NCBI RefSeq assembly: GCF_006345805.1 | Contig: NC_043009.1 | Location: 31,868,001-31,932,000 of the forward strand | Reading direction: 5' to 3' | Length of the DNA: 64,000 nucleotides | From: Octopus sinensis | Lineage: Eukaryota | In this document: one piece after another, positions 48,450 to 62,656 of the stretch | Layout of the letters: the number at the start of each line of letters is the position of its first letter | How positions within the stretch are numbered: the stretch's first letter is position 1 | Made by a program: the position numbers and the translations under genes | The notes under the pieces: generated by a model | What the model was told of the DNA's origin: nothing | The model's input: the letters and a program-made list of their open reading frames with translations, nothing else | Database searches by the model: none

Positions 48450-48773
48450 CAATGTATATATATATGTATACAGTAATACCTCATTTTATGAGGACTCTCT
48501 TTAGGAGAGCCAAGGTTTGCAAATTTTATTATATAATATATATAAAAAGGTTAATCAGCCATTTTGTGTGTGTGGCAATGTTGCAATATGTAACAACACT
48601 GGTTCTGTTGTGTCTACACAGCAACAGAGTAAAATGACAGCATAAAATTTCATTGCTACTATGGAAGATTATTGCTCTGCTTTACGAGTTTCTATTCTAT
48701 GACCAATCTCCAGGAATAAATTAATTTGTATATCAAGGCATTATTGTGTGTATCTGTATATATATAATATAAA

Positions 48774-49610
48774 CAGGGTGCAGTGAATAAACTGTTGTCT
48801 AAATTATGCAAAAATGAAAATAACACTGACATTTCATTGTAACAGATATGTTTACCAAAATTACATAAAAATATCTTGAAATACTAAAGAGAAAATCTAT
48901 TCAATAAAGCTGCTATTGGGTTCAACCATGGCCTCCAGCCAACTTCAGAATCTCCTGCAACTCTTCTGGACGGTCACCTTGTTTAAGTTGGTGAATGCTG
49001 CCATAATCCCTGCCTTCAGTTTATCTTTGGTGTTACAAGGAGTTTTGTGGGTCTCTTGCTCAATAATAATCAAACATAATAATCAAGGGGTTGTATTCTA
49101 GGAAGTTAAGTGGCCAAATGTTAGGGGTGTTATAGTCACAGAAATTGTCTGACAGCCATGACTAGGGTATTCCAGAAGCCACTCTGTTGACCCAGGGCAG
49201 CACTATCTCCTCCAGGCATTAGATGTAGGACTTGTGCTGAGTGCGGGGCCATGTGGGAAGATGAATGAAGGCATAAAATTACCATCATCAGTGATAACTC
49301 CATACAATATGATGTTGACTGGATGTTTGATTTTTAGCACTCTTGATGCATGTCCTCAGCTTGCACTGTCCTCAGATTGACATCTAAACACTCTGAAAAG
49401 CTTGTATTGGTATTTCCAAAATGAATACCAAGTAGTAAAGCATGTTATTTCCAAATATCTGGCAAAATGAATTGTGTCATGGTGCTGTTTTTCATATAGA
49501 CGGTGCCCAACTGACCCTACTATACTGTGTAGTCAACAAAATCAAAAACCGACAATGTGCCTGTGCAAAATTAAAAATATAAAATGTCAACAATTTATCC
49601 ATCACAACCT
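48774..49610 (-). mobile_element. Internally deleted Tc1/mariner (maT/DD37D-like) element
   Basis: Degenerate TIRs cagggtgcagtgaataaactgttg / tcaacaatttatccatcacaacct; minus translation KHPVNIILYGVITDDGNFMPSFIFPHG ... PCNTKDKLKAGIMAAFTNLNKVTVQKSCRRF*SWLEAMVEPNSSFIE* (stop 48897-48899). Confidence 0.8.
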
Positions 49611-50098
49611 CTCTCTCTGTTTCCCTTTCTCTCCCCTCTTTCTCTCTCTCTGTTTCCCTTTCTCTCTCCTCTCTGTTCTCCTATTTGTGTTTTTCTCCCT
49701 CTCTCTCTCTCTTCTCTCTCTCTCTCTAAAGCTTATATAAATACCATTATCATTATTTACAAGATGGTAAACCCTGGTGCTGTATAACAAAACTATTTGC
49801 ACTGAAAGCATATATATATATATTCATACATATATATATATATATATATAGCATTTCGGGGGAATGAATTTCCTTAAAATGATAGGCATATAAAAAGCAT
49901 AGAGTTTATATTCAGTTAAACGAAGAAAAGAAAATGGAGATTAGGAAGTTAATAATTTTTTATTATTAACCACAAATTATCATCTAAACGTCTAACAATT
50001 AATACTCAGTAATTTAATCACAAATTTGTAATTAAATTATTGAGTGTTAATTGAAATAGCTGTAAGAAGCGAAGATGACCAATTATATAAAACATTAG

Positions 50099-50387
50099 CT
50101 TGTTGCCAACTTAATGTGGCAGTCCCAGGAACAAGGAGAATGCTACTGCCATTTAGTCCCAAGAAACACCGTTTCTAGTTGGCTATGTGACACAAGCCAA
50201 TGTCCAGAGACTAGTTGAGGTTAATTTCCCTTCATCAGTTGGGTGGAGGTGCTTATCTCCCCTGTTCGAAAACTTATGGACATAGAACGCTTTTGTCACA
50301 TAGCCTACTAGAAATGGTGTTTCTTAGGGCTAAGTAACAGTAGTATTCTTCTCTTTCCTGGGATTGCCATATTAAGTTGGCAACAAG
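50099..50387. mobile_element. Fold-back element of the same family, ~99-bp arms
   Basis: 50099-50197 is the reverse complement of 50289-50387; third family copy at ~45745-45950. Confidence 0.85.
50203..50243 (-). ncRNA. Degenerate minimal hammerhead in the spacer of a fold-back element
   Basis: Minus: CTGATGA agg gaaattaa cct CAA CTA GTC tctgga; same family as 7830-7868 and 13211-13251. Confidence 0.55.
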
Positions 50388-50448
50388 ACATCACTTTATC
50401 ATGTTCCTACTGCATAACTCTCTCTGAGACATTTAGAAATGCAATATT

Positions 50449-50479
<31 letters not shown>

Positions 50480-51404
50480 TTGTGTATGGATGCAGTATAT
50501 GGTGTGAAATGTTGGCATAAGAAAAGACATTCAGCTATAGAGAAGCCATGGTGAAACAGACGTTGGGGCACAACCCTGTCTTCATGCCCATCAGATCCTA
50601 TCAAACTATCAAACCTATGTTGACAGCGATGATGAGATTATCTATATTAGCCATCACTCATAGGTAAGTATAACACAGCAGGATATCAAGAGAGTGATGG
50701 TAAGAAAGAGGGAGAGGGGAAGCAGTGAGTTGGCAGAAATGTTAACACACTGGGCAAAATGCTTAGTGATATTTCATCTGTCTTTACATTCTGAGTTCAA
50801 ATTCAGCCAAGGTCGACTTTGCCTTTCATCCTTTTGGGGCTGATAAATTAAATACCAGTTGTGTACTGGGGATGATCTAATTGGGCCTCGTACATAAAGT
50901 AGAAAAGAAAAAAAAGGAAAGAAGGAGAGGGCAGCATCAGCATTTGAGTTATATTAACTTTCGGCTGAGTGGACTGTGGCACTGGGAACTGAAGTACCTT
51001 TCTCAAGGGGAAAATGCACTGCCTGGTGCAGAGATCGAACTAAGGATCTTATCATCATGAGATAAATATCTTAACTATTTGGTCATACTTACACACTCAC
51101 ATATGTAAATATATATAAAATTACATGGACATATAAATGTAGTCACACACATGTATATGTGTGTAGGTAGACAGACATATACATATATACACATTTATCT
51201 ATTTATTTATTTATACATGCATATATATATATGTATATATATATGCGTACACTTATAAAGAGACAGGATGAGAGAGGAGGAGAGGGGGGAATGCAAATAT
51301 GTAGAAAAAAAAGTTACATGCTGCAGTCTGGCACTCTGCTTATAAATTATAATAATTCGATAATTAGTATTTTTAATTGAACGACAATGATTATTTTTTA
51401 ACTC

Positions 51405-51450
<46 letters not shown>

Positions 51451-52286
51451 TTTCTTTTTATTCTTTCTTCACATAATCAATATCGTATTTTCTTGCTTTT
51501 CTTTTATCCCATGTTTTCTTTCTTTTTGTATAAAGAATATTCTGGAAGACAGCTTAAGTTAAGAACATTATCTTTTTTTGATTGTCTGTCTAATTTAATA
51601 TCTCAATATTTATATGCAACTTGTTTGTCCACATTATACTTTTAAACTTTTTCGTCTTCTATATTAATTGTTTGTATATACTACTAAATTATATATCAAT
51701 TTGTAAAGAGAAATCATCTTTGTAAAATGTATTATTGTAAATCTAATAGAATTCACAATCAAATAAAATATCTTTTATTATTTTCTATCGTTATTATTTT
51801 CTCTCAATCAATAATGAGTTCAAACTTTATCACAGACTTTTTCGCCCACACACTCCACCAAAACATGTTACTTAATTAACATGCAGAGGACTAATTATGA
51901 AAAATTCACAGAAACACTTAATTCCATATTGAATAATTAATATTGAAGTATAAAGAAGATTAGGCTCGCATTTGGATTTTCTGAAAGTTATTCAATCTTT
52001 ATATAAAATATATTCTCTGTTACATCTCACTTATTCTCATAACCCCCTATGTCCCTCGAGGGAATGTCTTGACACATCTTCCCCTCCACCCCACCATCTC
52101 TCACTATTTATTACTCTCTTTATTTTACTTTCTCACTCACCCACTCTTCTTATCTCTAACTTCTACCCTCTTCCTCCTTGGTCAGTCAGTTTCTCCTTTG
52201 ATATTTATTGGTGTTTATGAAAACTGATCATAAAAATTCTTTAGTCTTTTATTAATGTAAAGTCGCTATCAATAATTCTTTCTATT

Positions 52287-52745
52287 AAGGTGGTGAGCTG
52301 CCAGAATCATTAGCACACCAGGTAAAATGCTTAGCGGCATTTCGTCCATGTTTATGTTCTGAGTTCAAATTCTGCAGAGGTTGGCTTTGCCTTTCATCTT
52401 TTTAGAGTCAATAAAATAAGTACCTGTTATGCACTGGGGTCAATGTAATCAATCAACCAAATACAGCATCCATATAATTAACTTACCCACTCCCTTAAAT
52501 TTGCTGGTCTTGTGCCAAATTTAGATTAAAAGAAGAATTGGTTTCAATTTCAGGCTAACAATTTCAGGGTGGAGCTTAATCGATTACATCATCCCAAGTG
52601 ATAAACTGGTACTTATTTTATTGACCCCAAAAAGATGATAGGCAAAATCAACCTCAGCAGAATTTGAACTCAGAATGTAAAGACAGACGAAATACCGCAA
52701 TGCGTTTTGCCTGGCTTTGTAATGAGTCTCCTAGCTCACCATCTT
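52287..52745. mobile_element. Inverted pair of SINE family B copies (~52287-52520 +, ~52560-52745 -)
   Basis: Tail-to-tail copies about 40 bp apart. Confidence 0.82.
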
Positions 52746-54343
52746 GTGTCATGCTAACAATAATGATGGCAAATATACCCGACTTATAAAAATGTAATGA
52801 AAATGATAATAAAAAAAATATAATGTATAGAAAACTATATTTATTTCTTAATACAAATATTTACATGTTGTAATTGGTTTTGCATTGACCAATTCTGGAA
52901 AATAAATTTTCTGTTTTCTTTTTTGGTTCAATATTAGCTTTGATAATAAACAAACTGAAAATTTTAGCTAATTGCAGAGAAACAGGCATGCAACAATTGC
53001 AGCTACGCAGAGGTTCTGCTGGTGCTATTTCATTTAATAATTCTTATATTACTTCATTTTTAGTGCAAATTGTATTATCAAAAAAGATTTTCTTGATTGT
53101 ACTTATTTTCTGCGTGCAGTTTCAAATTATTTTTATTTAATGTTCTGATAACTTACTCAAAAGAGAAAATATGGAGAAAGCAGGTATTTTTCTGCATTAG
53201 TAATTGAATAAACTTTCTAGTAACAAAAGGAGAGAACAGCAATGTGATTGAAGCTATTTTAGTGTATGTGACATAAAATATATAAATACACAATTGTATT
53301 TATTATAAGAGTGGCTTTCATGATTTTGTATTGTGTTGTTTATTATGTAATAATGTTACCTCTAGATGTTTTTAGTCAACCTTTAATATTAGTTAGGTGC
53401 AGAAAGTGACCAATGACCAACATAATCATGACCTTTCACACACATCCTTCTGACCAATATGACTGTGTGAAGTTAACTGCAGAATCCTAGGTTCTCTCCA
53501 TGACAACTTTTCAAAATTACCATCTAATGAAGTCAACATCTGAGAACATATAAATTAAAGAATTAACAGTCATAGTGTATAGACAAAACCTGGTGGTGGT
53601 AGTGATGGTGGTGTTGATGATGATAACAACGGCAACGACGACGACGATTATGATGACGATAATGATGACGATGATGGTGATGATGATGATGATGATAACA
53701 AGAACAAAAACGGTGACAAGAAATGATGACAGTGACAACGATATCAATGCCAATGCCAATGCCAACAATGATGATGATGACAGCAACAATGATGATGAAG
53801 AGGATGACTTTGAAGCATTAAGTCTGAACACTTTGAGAACCCCGATACTGAACCTATCACAAAATCCGAAGCAGCCAATACAGAACAGCAACATCTTCAC
53901 CCAGAATTATTCGCTATTGAGAAACGTAAGAGTTTCTGATATTAAGGAATGAAACAGTTTCTTGTTGTTGCCTCACTTCCATTTCACTTAACTTTTGCTA
54001 ACCCAATAAACATGGCAAGATTACTGCAACACCTGCCTGCTTCTCAGATTTCATTCTGACTGTTAACAAGCACTGAGGTTAGCTTCACTGGATTTAATTA
54101 AAATGGCAACCAGTTAGGAAATGTTATTATAGAGGATGTATATATATATATATATATATACAAGTATACGTACACATGTGCATCTAGGAATGTATAAACA
54201 GGTGTGTATGCATGGACGCATGTTTGTATGTATATGTGTATGCATTAATGGATGAATATATATATATATCTTTGTGCATATGTATATCTGTGTGTGTGTG
54301 TATATATATATATATATAACTATATACACAAATATATATACAT

Positions 54344-54391
<48 letters not shown>

Positions 54392-54669
54392 TTTATATAT
54401 GTATACATATGTGTGTATATGTATTATATATATATATATATATATATACTTGCACAGAGACACAAACACGCATATGTACATATATATATATATGATTGCA
54501 TATACATATGTATACTAGTGTGTGTGTGCATGTGTGTGTATGTATGCATGTACATCAATGCATGTATGTATACACACAAATGCATAGACGTGTGTGTGTG
54601 TGTGTGTGGTGCATGCGCATACATGTATATATACATATATAAAGCATAAAACAACACTCAACTCAAAGT

Positions 54670-54930
54670 AACAATTACAATTGCAGGAAAGCTAATAGAA
54701 AGAAAAGCAAAGATAATATAACTGGGAACTATGGAACCAGAAATAGTAAATGGGAAGCAGGTACCAAACGTAGTGACATAGCAAAGAAGATATTTTCAAA
54801 ATGGCAAACATATGGAGTTCAAGAAACATTTATATCAAAACAAGAAATTATTATTAAAATATTATTACCCAGGGCACTTTCTTCTCTATGGTGCTGAAAC
54901 TTGTACACTGATCAAAGGTATTAAGGAACA
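54670..54930 (+). mobile_element. Degenerate RTE RT fragment (duplicated at ~56510-56770)
   Basis: ITIAGKLIE..II*LGT; AKKIFSKMANIWSSRNIYIKT; LLYGAETCTLIK. Confidence 0.6.
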
Positions 54931-55008
54931 AAAGCACCCAGAGAGTGCAAACCTCCACGAAGGCAACACCAACGTCCTCTCAAGGAATTAGCCAGAGATG
55001 ATTATTAA

Positions 55009-55298
55009 AACTAGGATATCTGAAATAAACTCAATTATTCTCACAAATGAGAATACTAAAACTGAACACGACTGATCTCAAATACTAAGTAAAAAGAAAG
55101 AAAAAATAATCCAGAATCTTTGTCCGGTACCAGATCGATCCGAAAATGTAATCAATTCATGCTAGTCACAAGGTCAAACATCCCTGAAAGTTTCATTTGA
55201 ATCCCTTCAGCGGTTCTTGAGATATCTTGTCTATGGACAAACATACATACAAATGCAACTGAAAACAATACCTCCACCTTCGCTAAGGTGGAAGTAAT
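55009..55298 (+). mobile_element. Non-autonomous Helentron/DINE-1-like element (duplicated at ~56845-57137)
   Basis: aaaCTAG start, (ACAT)n microsatellite, terminal hairpin tacctccacctt-cgct-aaggtggaagta (55269-55296). Confidence 0.55.
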
Positions 55299-55459
55299 AA
55301 ATTAGATGTACTAAAGATGTGGGCATTTGGAAGACTTTTGAAAATTTCATGAAGATGTAGTAAGAGATAAAAAAATACTAAGAAAACCTTATGGCACCAT
55401 CAAAGAGAATATGAAAATATATGGGGTACATAATTAGTGGGGGAAATGGCTTAAGTTAT

Positions 55460-55805
55460 CACTGAAACCAGTCATGTGCAACCCAGATATCCTTCCTGTT
55501 TATGTTGAAACCAATCAGTTCTGGCGTCTCTGACATGTTATTCTCATTACTTCCATGTGATGACCAAGGACGTGACATGAAGAAGAGCACAGTGTGTCTT
55601 GTTGCAGTCAGTCTGAATGTTGTGCATTCAGCAGTGTCAGACACTGGTCAGATGCTGGTGGTCTGTTGGGACTCAAAGCAAAATGTTGGCTCTGGACATG
55701 TATAGTTTGTGGGTTTTTTTTGTGCCTCCACAATCTTGTTCTGTCCATAGGATGTGGCACCTCTGTTGGTGTAGCTTTGCCAGGCAGGGTGGTCAGGTTT
55801 TGGAG
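55460..55805 (-). mobile_element. Possible RTE/BovB-like LINE 3' fragment (duplicated at ~57300-57645)
   Basis: DHPAWQSYTNRGATSYGQNKIVEAQK / SRANIL resembles the RTE C-terminus; heavily frameshifted. Confidence 0.42.
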
Positions 55806-58295
55806 TTAATCTAAAAGCTATTCTAAAAATATATATTCAGACCTTTGGAATTTCAGAGTCATGAGACATTGCATGATCAATTCAAAACAATGTGAATAAA
55901 TAAGGATTACATTTGACAGAGTAATCTGAATGTTGAAGGATTAATGGAAGGAGAAACGGTAGGGCAAAGTGGAAGAAAGAAATGAAGATTTATGTGGTGG
56001 GATGGAATCGAGAATTAGAATGATCTAAATTATAATGAATATAAGAAAGTACAGGTGTGGGGGGGGAGGGGACACTGAGATTATGATCCATGGCAGTCAA
56101 TCTGTTGAGATCAAATAATGTTTCATGTTGAGAATGATGATGATGATGATGACAACAATGATGATGTGATGATGCATGATATATTTATCCATGTACATAC
56201 ATACATACTTTTATATATATATATTTATATATGTATACATATGTGTGTATATGTATATATATATAATATATATATATATAATATACTTGCACAGAGACAC
56301 AAACACGCATATGTACATATATATATATATGATTGCATATACATATGTATACTAGTGTGTGTGTGCATGTGTGTGTATGTATGCATGTACATCAATGCAT
56401 GTATGTATACACACAAATGCATAGACGTGTGTGTGTGTGTGTGTGTGTGCATGCGCATACATGTATATATACATATATAAAGCATAAAACAACACTCAAC
56501 TCAAAGTAACAATTACAATTGCAGGAAAGCTAATAGAAAGAAAAGCAAAGATAATATAACTGGGAACTATGGAACCAGAAATAGTAAATGGGAAGCAGGT
56601 ACCAAACGTAGTGACATAGCAAAGAAGATATTTTCAAAATGGCAAACATATGGAGTTCAAGAAACATTTATATCAAAACAAGAAATTATTATTAAAATAT
56701 TATTACCAGGGCACTTTCTTCTCTATGGTGCTGAAACTTGTACACTGATCAAAGGTATTAAGGAACAAAAGCACCCAGAGAGTGCAAACCTCCACGAAGG
56801 CAACACCAACGTCCTCTCAAGGAATTAGCCAGAGATGATTATTAAAACTAGGATATCTGAAATAAACTCAATTATTCTCACAAATGAGAATACTAAAACT
56901 GAACACGACTGATCTCAAATACTAAGTAAAAAGAAAGAAAAAATAATCCAGAATCTTTGTCCGGTACCAGATCGATCCGAAAATGTAATCAATTCATGCT
57001 AGTCACAAGGTCAAACATCCCTGAAAGTTTCATTTGAATCCCTTCAGCGGTTCTTGAGATATCTTGTCTATGGACAAACATACATACAAATGCAACTGAA
57101 AACAATACCTCCACCTTCGCTAAGGTGGAAGTAATAAATTAGATGTACTAAAGATGTGGGCATTTGGAAGACTTTTGAAAATTTCATGAAGATGTAGTAA
57201 GAGATAAAAAAATACTAAGAAAACCTTATGGCACCATCAAAGAGAATATGAAAATATATGGGGTACATAATTAGTGGGGGAAATGGCTTAAGTTATCACT
57301 GAAACCAGTCATGTGCAACCCAGATATCCTTCCTGTTTTATGTTGAAACCAATCAGTTCTGGCGTCTCTGACAATGTTATTCTCATTACTTCCATGTGAT
57401 GACCAAGGACGTGACATGGAAGAAGAGCACAGTGTGTCTTGTTGCAGTCAGTCTGAATGTTGTGCATTCAGCAGTGTCAGACACTGGTCAGATGCTGGTG
57501 GTCTGTTGGGACTCAAAGCAAAATGTTGGCTCTGGACATGTATAGTTTGTGGTTTTTTTTTTGTGCCTCCACAATCTTGTTCTGTCCATAGGATGTGGCA
57601 CCTCTGTTGGTGTAGCTTTGCCAGGCAGGGTGGTCAGGTTTTGGAGTTAATCTAAAAGCTATTCTAAAAATATATATTCAGACCTTTGGAATTTCAGAGT
57701 CATGAGACATTGCATGATCAATTCAAAACAATGTGAATAAATAAGGATTACATTTGACAGAGTAATCTGAATGTTGAAGGATTAATGGAAGGAGAAACGG
57801 TAGGGCAAAGTGGAAGAAAGAAATGAAGATTATGTGGTGGGATGGAATCGAGAATTAGAATGATCTAAATTATAATGAATATAAGAAAGTACAGGTGTGG
57901 GGGGGGGAGGGGACACTGAGATTATGATCCATGGCAGTCAATCTGTTGAGATCAAATAATGTTTCATGTTGAGAATGATGATGATGATGATGACAACAAT
58001 GATGATGTGATGATGCATGATATATTTATCCATGTACATACATACATACTTTTATATATATATATTATATATATATATATATATACACATTGGTAAAAAT
58101 GGTAAGATAACAAAAGAAAGAAAGAGACCTCAATATTATGTAAATATAGGAAATTTATCTGTAAAATGATATGTGACAAAAAGATGGTGGTGTGGATTTC
58201 CACCTCAGCATCCGACACTCAGAGTTTTATCTTGGCTACCGAATAATTGTCACATATTATTTTACAGATATATATATACATACATATATATATAT

Positions 58296-58338
<43 letters not shown>

Positions 58339-58699
58339 GTGTGTGTGTGTGGTGTGTGTGTGTATGTGTGTATGTATTTATATACACACAGTGTTTTAAC
58401 TAAATTTGACAGCTTTTTATATCTCATTTTGTCAGAAATATCTTGATCTATTGGTGAATAGTCAACAACGTTGAAGAGCATAAAGATTAAGAGTTGTAGT
58501 TGATAAAAAGTTAGATGACATGGAGGACTGGAAGCCATCAGAATATTGGAGTTTCCTGTATCATCATGATCAGCACCGAGGGTCAAAATGCCAAACAGCA
58601 TGACTGTTGTTCATGGACGACTGCAATGGAAAGTACAAAGACATGGCCATCAGGAATTCTGACTGTGTCCACATTCTCAAATTCGTCCAAGAACTAATG

Positions 58700-59075
58700 A
58701 ACAGGCCTTAAGCTCAATTCAGCTGGCTGTGTGAAACTAACGGAAACTGTGTCAAATCCTGCCTGGAGTGGGTTGCTGCTGGAAGACCATATATGTGTGG
58801 CAGCAGGATTCAGTTCCTTGCCATGCTTCTGGAAAGCATCAGAAGTGGTTGTCAAAGAATTTCTACGACTTCACCTAATTCCACCCCACCCCCACCCCCA
58901 ATTGTAATCCCAAGGATTGCAATGTGTGGAGCGCATCTGAGAAAGATACCAACTGCACTACCAAGATCAAGGGAGATTTTTAGAAGATCTTCTTTGGGAC
59001 ACCGTAGGGAACACATGTGTTAGATTCCAGATTCGTCATGTGCAAAGGTTGACTACCTTAAGTAAACTGTTATCT
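58700..59075 (+). mobile_element. Tc1/mariner (maT/DD37D-like) transposase remnant
   Basis: GLKLNSAGCVKLTETV; EWVAAGRPY; WQQDSVPCHASGKHQKWLSKNFYDFT; PNCNPKDCNVWSASEKDTN. Confidence 0.8.
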
Positions 59076-59219
59076 TTCAGCCATCATCCAATTGGTGGTT
59101 TTGATTTTAACCATACTTTTTGATTGGGATATTGTATTTTATATTCCTTGTATGCAAACTGTCAAATTTTACCCAAATACCTTGCACGCACACGCACACA
59201 CACATATGTACATTAACAT

Positions 59220-59600
59220 CAACATCATATCATCATCATCATCTAACGTTCATTTTCCATGCTGGCATAGGTTTGATGATTTGACAGGAGCTAATTCGAG
59301 GTCGACTTTGCCTTTCATCATTTAGGGGCCGATTAAATAAGTACCAGTTACGCACTGGGGTCGATATAATCAACTTAATCCGTTCATTTGTCCTTGTTTG
59401 TCCCTTCTGTGTTTAGCCCCTTGTGGGTAGTAAAGAAATAGGTTTGACAGGAGCTAGTAGGACTGTAAGCCATACCAGGCTCCATCATTCTTTTTGAGAT
59501 GATTTCTACAGCTGGATGCCCTTCCTAATGCCAACCATTTTACAGAGTGCACTGAGTGCTTTTTACATGGTACCATCACCAGTGCTTCTTAAGTGACACC
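59220..59600 (-). mobile_element. Family C copy interrupted by a family B 3' fragment (~59297-59443, +)
   Basis: gtttgacaggagcta flanks both sides of the insert. Confidence 0.8.
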
Positions 59601-59691
59601 AGCACCAGTGCTTTTCATATAGTACAAAGAACAAACCAATTCTGCAAACATGTATTTCTGCTGAAACAAAAGCAGTCTTAACTTGAGCTTC

Positions 59692-60069
59692 CAGGAGTGG
59701 CTGTGTGGTAAGTAGCTTGCTAACCAACCACATGGTTCCGGGTTCAGTCCCACTGCATGGCATCTTGGGCAAGTGTCTTCTGCTATAGCCCCGGGCCGTC
59801 CAATGCCTTGTGAGTGGATTTGGTAGACGGAAACTGAAAGAAGCCTGTCGTATATATGTATATATGTGTATGTGTTTGTCCCCTAGCATTGCTTGACAAC
59901 CGATGCTGGTGTGTTTACGTCCCCATCACTTAGCGGTTCGGCAAAAGAGAACGATAGAATAAGTACTGGGCTTACAAAGAATAAGTCCTGGGGTCGATTT
60001 GCTCGACTAAAGGTGGTGCTCCAGCATGGCTGCAGTCAAATGACTGAAACAAGTAAAAGAGTAAAGAGT
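59692..60069 (+). mobile_element. SINE family A, young full-length copy
   Basis: Near identical to 17728-18140. Confidence 0.93.
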
Positions 60070-61279
60070 ATCCCAGAGTTTCCTGAACGACCATACAAAT
60101 GGACCAACTATTCTATAACTTGTTTATTTATCTATTTATTTTTTTATCTAAAACACAGTAAAAAATCATCTGTGAAGAACTGTCTTTGGTAATGACTTGT
60201 CTATTAGCAAAGTTGTCACCTATCAACAGAGAAAATATTTCAAAGACACAGAACCTGACGATTTTGATTTACACTAAATTACATCCAATAAACGGAAAAA
60301 CGAAAGAAAAAAAACAGAAAGGTAAAAAAATATTTATTCTGTAAACAAACAATTTGAGTAATTTGTAATGACCTAGAAAAATTTGCTTTTGATGATGTCT
60401 AGAGAGTTTCACCTGTGCCTTCATGTCTCCGAAATATCTTTCAAAAATATTGATCTGTGTTAAGAGGTTTTGCTATCACTCAAGAAATATGTATCAAGGG
60501 AGAAGTCTAGAACTTGATGTGAGGCTTTCGTGACAGATGGTTCTATGGTTATGACCTGCTACCACAATTCTTGTTATTAACTAATGAGAGACTGCCAAGA
60601 TGGAATAGGATTGACATTGCTCTCAAATGACAGCTTTAAAAAGAAAAACTATGGAAATCATGTAGTTTGAGATAAGCTATATCTGTATAGAAGGAATGGG
60701 CATGGAAAGAATGTCTTTGATAATTTGTTTGCACAATTGGGTCTGATATGAGATGACACCACAATGTCTTTTGTTAACCCATTAGAAACCAGTAACATTA
60801 CTGTATATATGTGGATGTGTGTGTGTGTGCTCGTTTTTGAGTGTATATGCATGTGCACATGTATGTGTATGTTTTTCTGTATTGCATATATGTGTGTGAG
60901 TGTGTGGTATGTGTGTGTGTGTGATCATGTATTTGAGCATGTGAAGCTTATTATGCAGATATAAGTAATCTGATACCACCAAACCATGTGGTAACTCTTG
61001 TCTCTGAAATGCCAAATACTACAGAATGCCGACTAATTTATGCCAACATACTGTCCACTGTACCACGTGGAGCATGCAATGAAGCACCTGATGTTGCCAA
61101 ATTAATGAAACACTAATGTAATCTAAACTGACCAGTGAAGGTCTAAATATTTTTACCTAGAAGCTATTTAAAATTCCTTTTAAATTCTTTCTGCACCATG
61201 ACTCTGATCATCTGATGATGTGGATATATTCTACACCCATGAACGTTAAGTAACCAATATCCATCTATCTATCAATCTA

Positions 61280-61331
61280 TCTGCATATATATATATATAT
61301 ATATGTTTATATATCTATTTTATTCTTTCTT

Positions 61332-61382
<51 letters not shown>

Positions 61383-61524
61383 ACATATATGTGTGTACAG
61401 TTTATATATCTGTGTGTATGTACACACATATATATATATACATATATATACAGATATATATGTGTGTGGGTATGTATGTATTTATGTATGTTCATATATA
61501 TATATAAAAATATTTATATATATG

Positions 61525-61566
<42 letters not shown>

Positions 61567-61653
61567 GTATGTATCTATGTATGTTTATATATATATATAA
61601 AAATATTTATATATATGTATGTGTATATATATATATATATATATAATATATAT

Positions 61654-61700
<47 letters not shown>

Positions 61701-62572
61701 TATACCTACACACACACACACACACATACATGTCATATGTGTATATAAGTACATGTATATATGCACATATAACAGCCACATATAATATAAAGAAAAAGAA
61801 TGAAATTTTTAAAAAATCTGAAGGAATAGAAGGATGGGAAACAAAACTATTGTTGGAATAATGGTTTATTCTCAGAAAAAAAGAGTGGCAATCCCACACA
61901 CACACACGCATACACATGCACACACACACACGTACATGCACACACAAACATGGGTGCACACATACATGTGTGCATGTGTGCGCTTGCATGCATTCTACAT
62001 CCCCATGAAAACAAACAAAGCAAATCTCTCCCTTCTATGGATATTCTAAACCAAAATCCCATTAGAAATATATGAAATGTTGGTTGACATGGAACTGAAA
62101 ATACACAGCAGATGAATCAAAGTAATTATTTAATATTTCCTTGCAAAAACAATTCCGGTGTAATATATACGAAAACAACACAAACAACCATAAAAATAAA
62201 AACCAATTATATGTTGATAAAATAAATAACTTAGAAGAATGAAACAATAGATGTTCTTAAAAAACACTGCTCATGTCACTAACTAGATTGTATATATTCA
62301 CTTTATTTCGTGTTGAATTTTCAAGCCAATCCTGTTAATGCTGCAAATAATGGAAAAAAGAATGATATCAAAACAAATGCTAAATATTTATTTTGTTGTT
62401 GCAGGTTTTTTTTGTTTTGTTTTTTTTCACTTCTGCTTATACTTATCAATCTGTTTATCTGGTTATCTATCTGTCATCTATTTATCCATCCATCTATCTA
62501 GTTATCGTCTTTCTACATACCTGTCTATTTGTCTGTCTTTTATCTATCTGTCTATCAATCTACCTCTCCACA

Positions 62573-62656
<84 letters not shown>

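Larger units (their letters stand above)
54385..58060 (+). repeat. Tandem duplication, two ~1.84-kb units
   Basis: cttgcacagagacac at 54449 and 56286 (offset 1837); atacatactt at 56201 and 58042 (offset 1841); differences mostly 1-bp indels. Confidence 0.97.

Noticed and set aside
53575-53952. Acidic ORF ending DDFEALSLNTLRTPILNLSQNPKQ... with an AAC|GTAAGA donor-like site
   Set aside because: The 5' two-thirds is a GAT/GGT compound microsatellite; no acceptor or homology recognised.
58480-58700. Moderately GC-balanced stretch upstream of the mariner remnant
   Set aside because: Probably TE-derived, but no frame gave a motif I could identify.
60330-60780. Non-repetitive-looking 450-bp stretch
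   Set aside because: All six frames are interrupted; nothing recognisable.
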